DNA of 64,000 nt from Naegleria gruberi (taxonomy: Eukaryota). The notes under the pieces are model-generated. The model saw nothing but the letters and a program-made list of their open reading frames with translations. It had not been told where the DNA came from and searched no databases. Positions 1 to 13,154 of this stretch are shown in pieces (within the stretch, counting starts at the first letter, position 1; every line of letters starts with the position of its first letter). The translations under genes were made by a program, and so were the position numbers. The stretch lies in assembly GCA_000004985.1 (NCBI GenBank), contig GG738894.1; one strand, given 5' to 3'.

Positions 1-804
1 AAGGAACATATTCAAACCTGCAGTGAAAGATAATCTTGAAGTTAAGATTCTCTATCATTAAAGCAGTTTCTCTTCAATGGTAATAACAATAAGTTTTAGA
101 TTCAGAAAAGATTCGTCAATAATTGAAATCTAATCTTGTATCTACTCTTTGATTAATTTGAATGGAGTCCAACATTATGAACAATTCACCTCAAAGAAGG
201 TTCAAGTTCGTGACATTTCTTCAGCTAAGGAAATTCTACTTGAAAATGCTCATTATGCCTTAACTATGGATATGGCTCAATAATAGATCCAAACAATTCG
301 ATTTGAGTTACGATTGGTCTCAGATATCATAGTTAAGTATTATTAGAATGTTTTTACTTCCCCCTATCTAGAGGTAAGTGATATTTCAATCAGGCTCCAA
401 GCTGATTTATGTAACATTCTGGATTATTCAACATTTTATTGATCGATGCTCGACAGAGGAGGAAATCCTGACATTCTAATTGAAGGCGTAGCTGCTTAGC
501 ATTGAAAGATAAATCGGTCTGCAGTAGAGTTTCATCAATTATTATTAATGAAATTTCTCTCGAAAGTTAGATGGGGAATCCAATTAAGCATCGCATCTTT
601 GATTAATTAGAGAAGAGGTTAAGGAACTAACCTTATGGTAATCTAATTGAGGATTCATTCATCTCCCAAACTTTCCGTAGATTCGTCACAGTGCGCAAGT
701 TTGTAATCTAAAAAATATTTTGACAGAGAAAAAACCTCAAATCTAATAGAAATCAGTAAGTAGAAAGTTAACATTTGTTACTTATTCTTCAGCAGGGGTC
801 GGTC

Positions 805-1164
805 ATGTTAAATTCTATCATTAAGGAACAACTTGATAGTCTCAGTATCACTGGTGTAGATAATAACGAACTTTCGTATATGGTAGAGAATGGAGCTAAA
901 TTCACCACTTCCATCGTTACTGCCATGAAAAGAGGAAATGAGGCACAAATTCAGAAGGAGGTTAATGATTTTTTGGCCACCACAGACAAAGCAATTGTAG
1001 AGATTTTCCTTTCCTTATCCTGTCGGTATCAACTTGAGAAAGATGAGCTTGAAAAAGACTTATTCACCAATATCACCCCTCAAGAGTTTAGCAGAAATAT
1101 TAAAGCAATTCCTAAACCTCAAATCTTAAAGAGATATTCAGCTTTAATAAGGCTCCATTCCTAA
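805..1164 (+). CDS. hypothetical protein (119 aa from the first ATG; the ORF track begins at an upstream alternative start, 775)
   Basis: Open frame 775..1164 with its first ATG at 805. No recognisable domain; charged, helical composition. Confidence 0.2.
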   Translation: MLNSIIKEQLDSLSITGVDNNELSYMVENGAKFTTSIVTAMKRGNEAQIQKEVNDFLATTDKAIVEIFLSLSCRYQLEKDELEKDLFTNITPQEFSRNIKAIPKPQILKRYSALIRLHS

Positions 1165-1292
1165 ATGTAATGAGAAAATTAATAGAAACTCATCGAATTG
1201 CATCGGAGAAGCAAGAGTTGGAAGCAAAGGAAGTAAGAAAGTTACTTTTCGCGGAGCAGGGTGTTCAACAAAAAACTGCAAAAAAATCAATG

Positions 1293-1333
1293 ATTTATCC
1301 AACAATACACCAATAAATTCGGAAATTATGAGC
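1293..1333. repeat. 41-bp dispersed repeat unit B, copy 1 (atttatccaacaatacaccaataaattcggaaattatgagc)
   Basis: Exact 41-nt match to 1842..1882. Confidence 0.7.
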
Positions 1334-1719
1334 TTTATTCTACTACACGCACGTAATAGATTATTTTCAACACTGAACAACCACAAAACCAATTTCTACT
1401 AATCTATTACCCTTGAAATACTAGCAAACCGAATAATGGTTGACAAGATGAAAAACTTGAAAATTAATTTTCAAGAAAATCTTGCCTAATTGTAATAGAA
1501 TCAATTCCATTACAATTACCTCGTCCAATACTACAACCATTATTCAAACACCCACAGAGTCTTTGACACTCCAAAAAATCCCCTCACCAACCCTAGAACC
1601 CAATTCTATGTTGGCCTATTGAGCGCAGATTTTTAAGCACCACAAAGTCCTTGATAACACACCACTAATAAAATAACAATAAAGACGTATCAAAAGAATT
1701 AATATACTCACCGAGTGTT

Positions 1720-1735
1720 GGGGTGGGTGGTGGGG
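1720..1735 (+). other. G-quadruplex-forming motif GGGGTGGGTGGTGGGG
   Basis: Four G-runs separated by single T residues. It sits immediately 5' of repeat A copy 1 and is an outlier in otherwise AT-rich DNA. Confidence 0.4.
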
Positions 1736-1882
1736 AATCAAAGTATTAAGCTTGCTCAATGTTGAAAATTTTTTAGACAAATTTTCCTATTTCTTGGTGT
1801 ATTGTTTACAATAAACTTTAGTGAGTTGAATACTCACTCCAATTTATCCAACAATACACCAATAAATTCGGAAATTATGAGC
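1735..1882. repeat. composite repeat: unit A (108 bp, 1735..1842) followed directly by unit B (41 bp, 1842..1882)
   Basis: Unit A is identical to 2712..2819. Unit B is identical to 1293..1333. Unit A contains a small hairpin, gtgagt-tgaata-ctcac. Confidence 0.7.
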
Positions 1883-2711
1883 CCATACTAGCAACCTAAT
1901 TCTTTTGATACGTGATTGGCTAAAACTTAATCACAAACTCAACTATCTAGATAAACCATACAAGCTAATTCTTCCATATAAATGGAGAATGTGCCTTAAA
2001 GGAGCCTGAATCAATGCATTAGCTTAAATCAAAACATCACCTCTCTGGAGAACATCAAGCCAATGATTACTAATCGTGATGAATAAATAGGTTTCGCTGT
2101 GAATGGATCATTAAGGGTATTCAATTTTGGAGGTCAACAGGAATATTAATAACATGTGGAAGTGGAGGTGTGTGTTCAAGATTATATGCTTGGCTGATAA
2201 TATTCTCAAATTTAAAACATCTAGCCCATAACCCATTATGTCCAATATATTCGGAAGGATTGATTGAAGCCCTGAATCCTTTGTTAGCAATCAAGTTACT
2301 GTTATTAGGTGAGATGGAGACTTGCTGGTTCATCAGTCTTAAGGTTCATGAATTTCATAAAAGACTAGAGAACCTAAGGTGGAAGTGATGAGTCGTCTCC
2401 ACTTATTCCGAAGTAAGTATTCTTGGGAAATAATCTTATCTACTTGCGTATGGTTGAACTCTATCCTTTAGCGTTCACTTTTGCAACCATCAAGAAAAAG
2501 GATACTTGTTGTTGTGTATCACCTTGACTATATGAGCTTTCCGAAGAAGAACAACCGTTTTGAAAGTGTTAATGTGTTCTGTTGACTTAACAATTATTAT
2601 AAACAGTGTCCGAATGTTGAAGATGAAGGAACCGGATGTCTGGTCGGAAGAGAATTGGTGCTAGGTTTATCGTGCTGTTTCTTGCTCTGGTTGAAAAAAA
2701 TTACTCTCCTT

Positions 2712-2819
2712 GAATCAAAGTATTAAGCTTGCTCAATGTTGAAAATTTTTTAGACAAATTTTCCTATTTCTTGGTGTATTGTTTACAATAAACTTTAGTG
2801 AGTTGAATACTCACTCCAA
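2712..2819. repeat. 108-bp dispersed repeat unit A, copy 2
   Basis: 108-nt match to 1735..1842, identical on visual comparison (gaatcaaagtattaagcttgctcaatg...gagttgaatactcactccaa). It lies directly upstream of the open frame of gene 2921..3703. Confidence 0.7.
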
Positions 2820-2920
2820 AGAACAAAAAAAGGGCTGCTAAAAAGGAGAAGAAGAAAGAAAGTGTTCTGAATGCAACGATAATTCTTCAAAATGTAAAGT
2901 CTCAAGATAAGGAAGAAGGT

Positions 2921-3703
2921 TTGAATGAAACAACTTCCACATCTCCTCGCTCGCCTATTGAAAACATCAGTCCCGATATAACAAACGATGCTCAGTACAA
3001 TGCTATTGTTAATGCTAAAGATCTAAGGGAAAGTATTAAAATATTAACTTTTACGATGATTGAGATGAAAACAGACGTGCAAAGAGATATGAAAAGTATG
3101 AAGAAAGATATTGCAGAAATCAAAGTGGAAATTACAGAAATCAAAAAAGATATGTATAGCTTGAATAGAAATGTGGGCTGCCTTTACGAAGGCCAAGTGA
3201 AAGCAGAATTTGAGAAGAATTTTCAAGTTGAGTCTCCAAAGATTTTAGAATATGACAAGTTTTCAACTAGATTTGCTGAAGTGTATTCCCAAAATGGTTA
3301 CCTTAATGAATTGGTGAAGAAATTGATAATAGGAAATGTTTTGAGCAAGGAAGAAAAAAGAAAGTTGACCTTGAAAACCTTCAAAGTTGAGCTTAATTTT
3401 GTTCTAACCGACAACTCAAACTCCACAAAAGTCCAAATCATTGAAGCAACCATGTCCTCATTCTCAAATCCTAACAAGTTAATATGTAAATTAGTACAAT
3501 TGGAACGTCAAGTATTGTTTTATAAAGCTTGTTACCCATCTCATACAGTCACTAAAATTGGATTAGTTTCACCATCCGATTTGGATTCAGATATGGTAAA
3601 GGATGCACTTGATAAATACCCAGGATTGGTAGTTGTTAAATCATTTTTAGATGAGGGTAATTTTGAAACTATTAGATTGGGTAATAAGCCAGAGATTTTT
3701 TAA
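2921..3703 (+). CDS. hypothetical coiled-coil protein; 5' end unresolved
   Basis: 260-codon ORF. The same frame stays open upstream to about 2806, encoding a K/E-rich stretch with no ATG, so a spliced 5' exon or an internal Met start is likely. The N-terminal half is predicted coiled coil. Confidence 0.35.
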   Translation: MNETTSTSPRSPIENISPDITNDAQYNAIVNAKDLRESIKILTFTMIEMKTDVQRDMKSMKKDIAEIKVEITEIKKDMYSLNRNVGCLYEGQVKAEFEKNFQVESPKILEYDKFSTRFAEVYSQNGYLNELVKKLIIGNVLSKEEKRKLTLKTFKVELNFVLTDNSNSTKVQIIEATMSSFSNPNKLICKLVQLERQVLFYKACYPSHTVTKIGLVSPSDLDSDMVKDALDKYPGLVVVKSFLDEGNFETIRLGNKPEIF

Positions 3704-3819
3704 TTTGAAATCCCATGATGTCCAAAAACAAGTAGTTCACTCTGATTGTTTCGTATTGTTATATTTATCAAGTTAGAATTGAAATAAATCAACTCTTCAA
3801 ATTGGTATATGTGCAAATG

Positions 3820-3955
3820 ATTGAGTAGGGTGGAATTATTCCCTCATTAACTTTTTAATATTTAAGTATTATTTGAAAAGCCATTAAAAAGGAATTGGAT
3901 TTGTGACAGTTATTAAGGAGTTGATCATTAATATTCAATTCCCAAAACAAATGAA
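3820..3955. repeat. conserved ~130-bp element, copy 1 (orphan copy)
   Basis: Matches 10528..10655 in the stretch attgagtagggtgga...cattaaaaaggaattggatttgtgacagttattaaggagttgatcattaatatt. The 3' part is identical for more than 50 nt; a 12-nt indel lies in the 5' part. This copy ends in ATG-AAC-TAG, an aborted ORF. Confidence 0.6.
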
Positions 3956-4008
3956 CTAGATTGGAAATATATGCAAACCAATAAATTTATTTGTAGTGAT
4001 AATTCATT

Positions 4009-7000
4009 TCAAATAATGGAGTTTATTTCTTCAGTCTTGACGATTGCTCCCACATGATACTTATTGTCCAATAAATAAGTCTGAAGAATTCCCTTTCCTT
4101 TTACTGCGATACTACGCTCCTCAAATGTGAATTCTAAATCAAAAACTCTTTCATATGTTTTTCTTGACAGTTGAATTCTTCCAGGTAAACTAGTGCTTTC
4201 CATCCTACTTGCTGTAGTTATGGAAAGAAAATAAGAAAATCATTAAATAATTATTACCACACTTCAAACTTACCTGTGTTGATATTGTCTCCCCAAAGAT
4301 CGTATGCAAACTTCTTCTTTCCAATCACTCCAGCTGTTACACTTCCTGTGTGTATACCTATTCTAATATTTATCTGTTTTTCAACAGGCTTTCTTGAAGT
4401 AATGTTGTAGTTACGAATAACATTGAAACAATCAATGGAAAATCTAAGAATTCTCTCTGGATGATTAATGTCAACATTGTTTAACCCTGCACAACAAAAG
4501 TAAGAATCACCAATGGTTTTGATTTTTTCCACATTATATTTGTCAGTCAAACCATCAAATCCATCAACCACACAATTCAGTAATTGCACTAACTCTGTAT
4601 GTGTTAATTGTGAGGTCAATGCAGTGAATTCAACCATATCACTAAAGAAACAGGTGACATCTGGGTGTTTCTCCGCAATAAGAGATGCTCCAGCCAAAAG
4701 TTGACGAGCTACAGAGCTAGGTAGAATATTAAGAAGCATATTTTCCGATTTCTTCTTTTCTTCGTTTAGTAATAAAATTGCCTTCTTCTCTAAGGTGGAT
4801 TCTTTGATGAAAAATAATGTAATGTGTTTGTTTTCAAAGAATGTTACATAGATATTGACTGTTGCAGGGAAAGTCTTTTGATTTTTTCTGACACACTCAA
4901 GTTCAAAAGTTTCTCCTTTAGGGCAGGTTTTTGTTACTTGTTTTTTGATGGATTCGACTTCGTTCTTAACCAAAGTTTGGTGTTCTCTTGTGAATATTTT
5001 AATAGGTTTACCAATAACATCTTCGAGTTGATAACCAAACATTCTTTGAGCTGAAGGATTGAAAATATCCACTAGCATTGTATCATTACATGTAATTACA
5101 CCATCAACAAATGTGTTAAGAATTGTCACTAGTTTTGCATCTCGCTCTGACGTGACACCATTGTTGGTAAATAATTTGGATGGGTTTTCATTAGGTAGTG
5201 TTTTAAATAATGCAAAGTTTTTAAGTTTCTCGTTGAACACCAAAGTATCTATCGATAGGTAATCGAACATGATTCTCATTTGTTGTTCTGCATTAGCATA
5301 TTCACGGAAAATGTAATACATCGAACAAATCGAGCAAGTGACAAGTACAAAGCCAATTACAAAACTCGCTATCACATAATTAATATTTGGTACAGAGGCA
5401 TCAACAGCGAAAATATTTGCAAAATCAATCAATTTCATCGATGACAAGTTAAAAAGAAATAAAATCTTAAGTAAGGAAGTAATATGTTCCTTGATAGTCA
5501 CTGGTTGAAATAAAATTGTCTGGGCCAATAAATTTTGTTTCAACAATATTTGTGTTGATAATAATATATGTGTTAGCATTGTATCTATTCCAATGCCACA
5601 AGTGCTGTTAAAATGAGTGTCAGTTTCTGGAATGGTACAATTTGGATCGCCCTTAATCAAGTGGTCTGTACCGGGAAACATGCCTGCAACTACTGATTCA
5701 AAGGGTTTTGTAGTTGATCCGAATAAACACCAATCCCAATTCCTTTGAAGATTTGCTGCCTCTTGATAATATTGAAGAGTCATATTTAAAGCTTCATCCT
5801 CTGTTATCAATGGTATATCGTCAACATTTCTATAATAAGCATATAGTTCAGTACTGTAAAATGCTACATTTTGCAGATGCTTGGTAGTTTCAAATACGTC
5901 TTGTACATTTACAAAGGATTCAACCGAATAATGGGTATTGTCAAACAAGCCACATACGAATACTGCCGTACACACTCCAACTGTTAAAAATATTACTATT
6001 ATCAAAATGGGGAAACATATCTTATGTTTGAGAGGATCTACTTTTCCTGCATGAGTAATCACTTCTTGTGGTTGTTGTTCGCATAATGTGTGGTATATTT
6101 CACCAACTTCTGGTTTAGAGACACACTCTTTCAGTAGCTTGACATGATTTTTCAATCTAGAGAAAGTGAATCTTGAATATATCAAATATAATACACACAC
6201 TATTAACAAGCAAGGTAACACGGCTGCTGTGTAAATGATTAAAACATTCCTCGAATTCAATGCCTCATCTATATGAACTTGTGTGTAAGAATGACAAAAT
6301 AAAGAATATGCCTGTGTAAGGGTATTTTGATTTCTATAAAGAAACATGAACATAAAGGATGTGTAGGTTTGTAGTAAAGCTTCACTTGTTTCTGACAAGA
6401 AGCGATTTGCCAATAGTTTTAAAATCTTATTGATTTGAGAGAGTGGGTACTTGTTTGACTCAGTCAGGTTATATAAACCTCCTCCTGGTATTACAGTTGG
6501 AATTACTAATGAATAGTGGAAATCAGTAAATTGAGAGTAGATTTGAGGTGAAAACTTTGAGGCAAAAGCAACGTTTTCTAAATTGACTATCGATTGTGTG
6601 AAATATTCGACATGCTGTTTGTATTTATCCATGTCAAAATAAATATCATTCGTCCAATTATGTTCGATGGTGATATTTGATTGCATCCAGTGGTCAATAA
6701 TCTGATACCCTCTTCCTGAAAGTAATAAGTTAGTGACACAGGGTATTGTGGCACATGCCTCCTTAGAATGTAGCAAATTGCTTGTTGCTTGATTGGAATA
6801 AATCAGTGACAGCAAGAATGGAGTGATGAGAGCAACCAAGAACAGTATGCAAAAGCCAACAAATAGTATGATAAAAACAGTTCGGCGTGTTGGAGTTGCA
6901 AGAGCATTGCTATAAATCATCTTTCTTGTTTGTGGATCCAGTGTTTCAAATTCTTCTAACGTTTGCTCCTCATTTTCTCTCCCATCAGTGGTAATTTCAG

Positions 7001-8900
7001 ACACAGAAGATTCACCTTCAGCTTTTTTAGTGGATCTGTTGCATTCATTTTCTTCGAGTAAGTTTGCTTTGTTAAAATTCTCATTTGATAATTCTGGATT
7101 TGCTTTAAATGATACCAAATATTGTGCATATATTCTTAGTGCTGTTTTGTCTTGACTATAAAAAGGAACAAGGTTGTTAAATATACAGTCACACTCGGCA
7201 ACTAGCTTGGAGCTTCTAAAAATGACTCTTTCAATTTTTTCCATAATAATACTTTCTTTCAGAAACTCTTTCCAAAAATCCTTATGAAGAGCATAAAGTT
7301 CTTCGGTTTTTCTCCGAATTTTAGACAGTATTAATACCAGTTCTGACTTGGAATCATCTTCACAAAGATACGCCTCAATTTCCTTCTTCTTTTGGCACAA
7401 TGAATACGAAGAAACAAAATTTGCATACTTTGGTGTCATATTTTTTGTTAAAATTGAAAAAGCCAATGTACGTTCACCCTTCGTTTGATATGCCATTATT
7501 GATGCTGATACTAAGGGCAACCTCATACTGCTGTTTAAATCTTGTAAGGTTGCCTTGATAAATGCTATTATCCCTGAATGATACTTGCTTCGTTTAGGTC
7601 CTTTCATCATTTCAAACTTTAAAAAAAGACCCAATAGGTAAACAATTCTATCATCTTGGAGATTTAAGTTTTTTGAGACTGTATATGTTCCAGTGTCTGG
7701 TTCTTCTTTAAAAAACTTGTTCTTAAATTTATACATATTGTATCTTGTATAACATTCCATTGTCACACATCCAATTAAAGCCATCAATAGCATCAACCCC
7801 AGAGTAGCTGAAAACAATATTATTCCAAGAGTGTTATCGTTGGTCACATTGACAAAATATGTCACAAGACCAGATACACTTGTGGCCAGTCTACAGAAAA
7901 TGATACCACTAATAACAGTATTTTCAAATCTTCTTAGCATTGGTATTGTTTGAAAAACAAGTATTATCAATAGTAGAGTCGAAATTATGTGTACAATAGA
8001 TCTTAAATATGCCGTGTACGGAGGAATTAGATGATGAATGACAATCCCAACAACATTGCACAACGGAATAGTGGCCTGAAAGATAATATTGTCATTTAGC
8101 ATTGGGGAGTTGCTTAATGGATGAGAATTTGGTAGAATCAATATTGATAGACCAAGTACAATTATAAAAACAACTATTGAAAGCAATGATAATATCATCA
8201 GAGGAATGTTGATAGAATCGAAACAAGGGGAACCTGGGAATCGATTCAACACCATTCCATTAGGTGCCCGACTAAATGGAATAACTACAGCAAGTGGTTC
8301 AGGTTGCGTCAAGCCATAACTGCAGTCTACAAAGGAAGTTAACACGTATGTGACAGGTGCCGAGATCAATAAACAAGTGTAACATAGAATATGTACCACT
8401 TTTTTCAGGAGCTTCCTCCTGCTACTTACTCTTTTCACAGCAGTATTAGCCAAAATAAAACAGCACACAATTGCCACAATAGTGATCATAAAAAATACAG
8501 CAAGACCAAGGTTAGCATAATATGGAAATGTCCATGATGCAAGAGTTATTGGAAAGTTCAAAACTTTGATGATCCAACTAGCCCATACTCCAAATCTGAA
8601 AGACACTGGATTTAGTAACGGTATCCATACAAAACACCAAAACAATACAAGCTGTACGATGAGTTGCTTAAGAAACTCAATGGTTCCTTTTCTAATTTTG
8701 TTTGCCTGCATTGCAAACAAGAAGATAAAAAACTCATTCGCTATGGCAGACCCAAACTCTGATGATAGAGTAGAGCTCTGGCAAGTAATAGATGTAGAAA
8801 ATCCGTTTTGTTTTTTTTCATCCTTGTTTGTGTCCTTAGTTTTGTTTGGTTTCTCAATACTGATGGCTCCATTATGCTGAAGTCTTATATAGCCTTGCAT
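4009..8900 (-). CDS. multi-pass-membrane, PAS-containing class III adenylate/guanylate cyclase, paralog 1 (~1580 aa)
   Basis: Structure on the minus strand is join(4274..8900, 4009..4211). The intron 4212..4273 (GTAAGT...CAG, phase 1) rebuilds the canonical motif ...FAYDLWGDNINT|ASRMESTS...GRIQLS. There are two blocks of about 6 TM helices, then a PAS-like segment and a C-terminal cyclase catalytic domain with motifs FFSDMVEFT, IKTIGDSYF, RIGIHTG and ASRMES. The ATG at 8900 was chosen by comparison with paralog 20528..25928, although the ORF stays open to 9149. Confidence 0.8.
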
Positions 8901-8989
8901 TTCGATTTCAAACTTTGCATTGTCTAATTCAACTTCTTGTCTCAAATCATTTGGTATGAGATTATTATCCACATTGTTAATATTCAACT

Positions 8990-10211
8990 TTGGGTCTCTT
9001 CTGCTGTACATGAGCATGTAAGCATTTGTGGAATCGCCAATAATCTCATCATTTCCATACATGGATTCTATTTGAGATTTATCAATTTCATCAATATAAT
9101 TATCATTAAATTTAAACCATTTCCCTGAATGGAACGATCTTATTAACACAAAGTAATGCTTTAAAAAAGGTCACTAAAAAGCTAGCTATTTTACATACCC
9201 CTGTAAGTGCATCTCCAGAATGAATGATAACACTATAAAGATCAAATAAATGTTGCTGATCATCTACATATTTTGACATGTCCAACACAAAGGGAAAGGT
9301 AACTTTGTTTCCAAGCTAATACTACAATTACATTAATATGAACAAGTTCATACTTACCTTGACAGGAGTATTTGTTTGATAATCAACCCTCTTGAGTTGA
9401 AGTGTTAAAATGTAGGGAAGATGAGCCAATTTTAAATTCTTGACCGCATCTATTTTCTTATTTCCAAGCTCCTCACAACACCATTGATTATCTCCCTTCA
9501 TTTCCTCAGATTTTAAAAAACTTTCAATGGCCTCCTCGACACTGGACACATCCCGAATAGCCAATTGCAAATCCATAAAACTGTCCACTTTGGTGGTTTG
9601 ATATACTTCACCACTTTGTTTCTTCTCATCCACAGACTCGATATGATCTATTACAGTGCCACAAAACAGGTCGCTGAAGGATACATTGCTATCGTTATTG
9701 TAATTTTTTTGTGGTGGTGATGAATCAGTTTCTTTAGAATGGGATCCGTCAGTCAGCACGTCGAACAAGATCCTAAACACTTCATGAATATCGTGTTGAA
9801 CTTTTAAATCTGATGCTTGCCAGCCTAAGCATAGAAAAATTTTCGCACACGAATCAATCATATTATGTGTTGATAATGAAATCTAAGGACAATCGAAAAC
9901 TTACCAAATGAATTTGTTAACTGTGTGGTGTCCACTGAGTTTCTCTTTGATAAAGTCAAATAGGCAAACAAGCGTTGCAATTGATAAGGGACGCAATGGT
10001 CCTGGTCAGGATCATGCTCAGGATCGTACCTCCATTTGAAAACCAACTCACGAAATTTTGGTGTGTGATGCAGAGATTGTAGTAGAGAATTTAAATAACA
10101 TGTGGTTCCATTATTGGTGAGGCCAACAAAATGCTCTTCCTCTTGTGCACTACAAGATTGACGCCAGTTGGTGTTGGATGGTCCACTTGATGTTTCGTGG
10201 TTGTACTGCAT
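8990..10211 (-). CDS. USP7-like ubiquitin carboxyl-terminal hydrolase catalytic domain (no MATH domain); 3' end unresolved
   Basis: Exons on the minus strand: 9905..10211 (ATG at 10211; Cys box GLTNNGTTCYLNSLLQSL), 9358..9824 (SFGWQASDLKVQHDIHEVFRILFDVL ... LPYILTLQLKRVDY), 9199..9315 (LYSVIIHSGDALTG) and from 9158 downward (HYFVLIRSFHSGKWFKFNDNYIDEI...STNAYMLMYSRR). Introns are 9825..9904, 9316..9357 and 9159..9198, all with GTAAGT or GTATGT donors. The frame has no stop after the last USP motif and runs straight into the cyclase ORF. Confidence 0.65.
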
Positions 10212-10527
10212 GGTGATGTAAATTGTACTTTGTTTAAGTGGCGTTCCTCCTATTTTAATTGAAATTGAGACTTTAGTGTGACAAATTTATTATCTAATCT
10301 ATTTTGGTAAAATTGTAAAAATAGTAATTAGACTTCCGTAAAAAGTTGCGTCTTTTTGAAGGTACAAAATACTTTCACGGTAAACACTGCTTGGAACACA
10401 AAATCTGAGCAACACTCAAACTGTTTTCAAACAATTCTTCCAAGGTAAACTGCAAACAAACCAACTGCCGCTTAGTGCAAACTCTTAAATTGATTAAATC
10501 TCTGGTTCCAAAAACCAAATGTTTTCC

Positions 10528-10655
10528 ATTGAGTAGGGTGGAAATCATTCCCTCGTTTAATTGTTAATTATTTGAAAGGGCATTAAAAAGGAATTGGATT
10601 TGTGACAGTTATTAAGGAGTTGATCATTAATATTAAATTCCAAAAAAAATGAAAC
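10528..10655. promoter_or_regulatory. conserved ~130-bp element, copy 2, forming the 5' leader/promoter of the F-box gene
   Basis: Near-identical to 3820..3955. It ends at the ATG at 10649. Confidence 0.5.
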
Positions 10656-11664
10656 GACAACAAACCTGCGCTAATCCAGAAGAAAAAAGCGAAAAACGCT
10701 CCAAACACAACGATCAAGCGAAAATTGTAACCTTGCAGATGGATGAGGCTTTGGCGGGAAAAAATTCTAGCCTCTTATTCAGTAAGAAGACGAAGAATAT
10801 TGAAATGACAATTCATTTGAACGGAATGGAGTGTCATGAAGGGATACTTTCCACCATATTTGATTTTCTGGATGTGAAAGATTTGCAATTTATTAAATCA
10901 GTATCATGGAAATGTTATGAATTGGTGCTTGCTGATAATTCAAGATATGCACAGAGAATGAGGGAGGAGTTTCCAATATATTGTAAAAGATTGGAGTATT
11001 TGAATGAGTTTGCTGAAGGTTTGATGATAAAGTGGCTGAAGAGGAGATTTGTGAAAAGACATGGCGAGAGATTATTATGGTAGATTGTGGAGAAATCAAA
11101 CGGGAATCATGAGAAGGTTGTTGAAATTATTGTGAATTATGGATTGTTTGATCTTATTGAAATATTATCTGATGAGTTTCTAAATGCTAGACTTGCATTA
11201 TATGAATGTGGAAAGAAGATAGATGAGTTTGAAAGTCTCTTTGAAGGTAAGCTATTTAATTGTGTTTGCCATCCCTAAAATGTGTACAGATGATTATGGC
11301 CTGTTTGCAATAAGTGAAATCATTTCACAGGGGGAGGAGTTCTATAAAAAGGTTATTGCTAAACCTGAGCTTGGTAAATCAGCACTTCGATACGGATATG
11401 AGGAATACATGTATTGTTTCCATTCTCTCTATTACATTCCAACTCAAAACTATATTGCAGAAAACGAAATTCAGTACGAAAGAAGAAAACAAAAAACCAT
11501 CAAAGCACTTATTGAAGGGTATGATGTTTTTAAGAATTTCAATCCTATCTATTGTTAGGTGGTTTCCAATAACAGGTTGTTTCTTTAATATTATTCCATT
11601 GTACAACAACTTGATTTCCAAGAGTTTAACCAAAAAGAACAAAACCTCAACAACAAATTCCTAA
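10649..11664 (+). CDS. F-box domain protein (multi-exon; an in-frame TAG at 11081..11083 interrupts the frame)
   Basis: Exon 1 is 10649..11080 and carries the F-box-like motif HEGILSTIFDFLDVKDLQFIKSVSWKCYELV. The same frame continues after the TAG at 11084..11246 with no ATG. Further exons are 11290..11518 and 11559..11664, with introns GTAAGC..ACAG and GTATGA..TTAG. Phases are consistent with the ORF-track frames. Confidence 0.45.
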
Positions 11665-11973
11665 AATACTCATTAAGAAATGTTTCATCATCTTTGATGG
11701 TTGCAAACTTTCTGTAGTCTGAAACCAATCAATTAAAGGATTTTTATTAGAATTGAAACAATTACAAGTGAGAGGAAAGTATCGAATGAGGATTTTAGAT
11801 ATTCTCCAGAAAGAATCTAAAAAACGGAGCAAGACAATCCGTTCCAGACTATTTTTACAATCGGAACGGAAAAGTATCTCGGAGACGGAGTCATTTTTCA
11901 CTTCAATTAAACAGTGGACAACCAACACAATCACTTGCCGTATACACACTGGTTTCCCTCTTTCAACCTATAA

Positions 11974-13154
<1,181 letters not shown>

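Noticed and set aside
1144-1392. An 82-aa minus-strand ORF overlapping the 3' end of gene 805..1164.
   Set aside because: Hydrophobic low-complexity translation, no homology, and it overlaps repeat unit B.
4513-8880. Several 60-100-aa ORFs on the plus strand inside the cyclase gene (4513, 4824, 5059, 8566, 8937).
   Set aside because: They are antisense to a long, well-supported coding region, low in complexity and lack start contexts. They are typical shadow ORFs.
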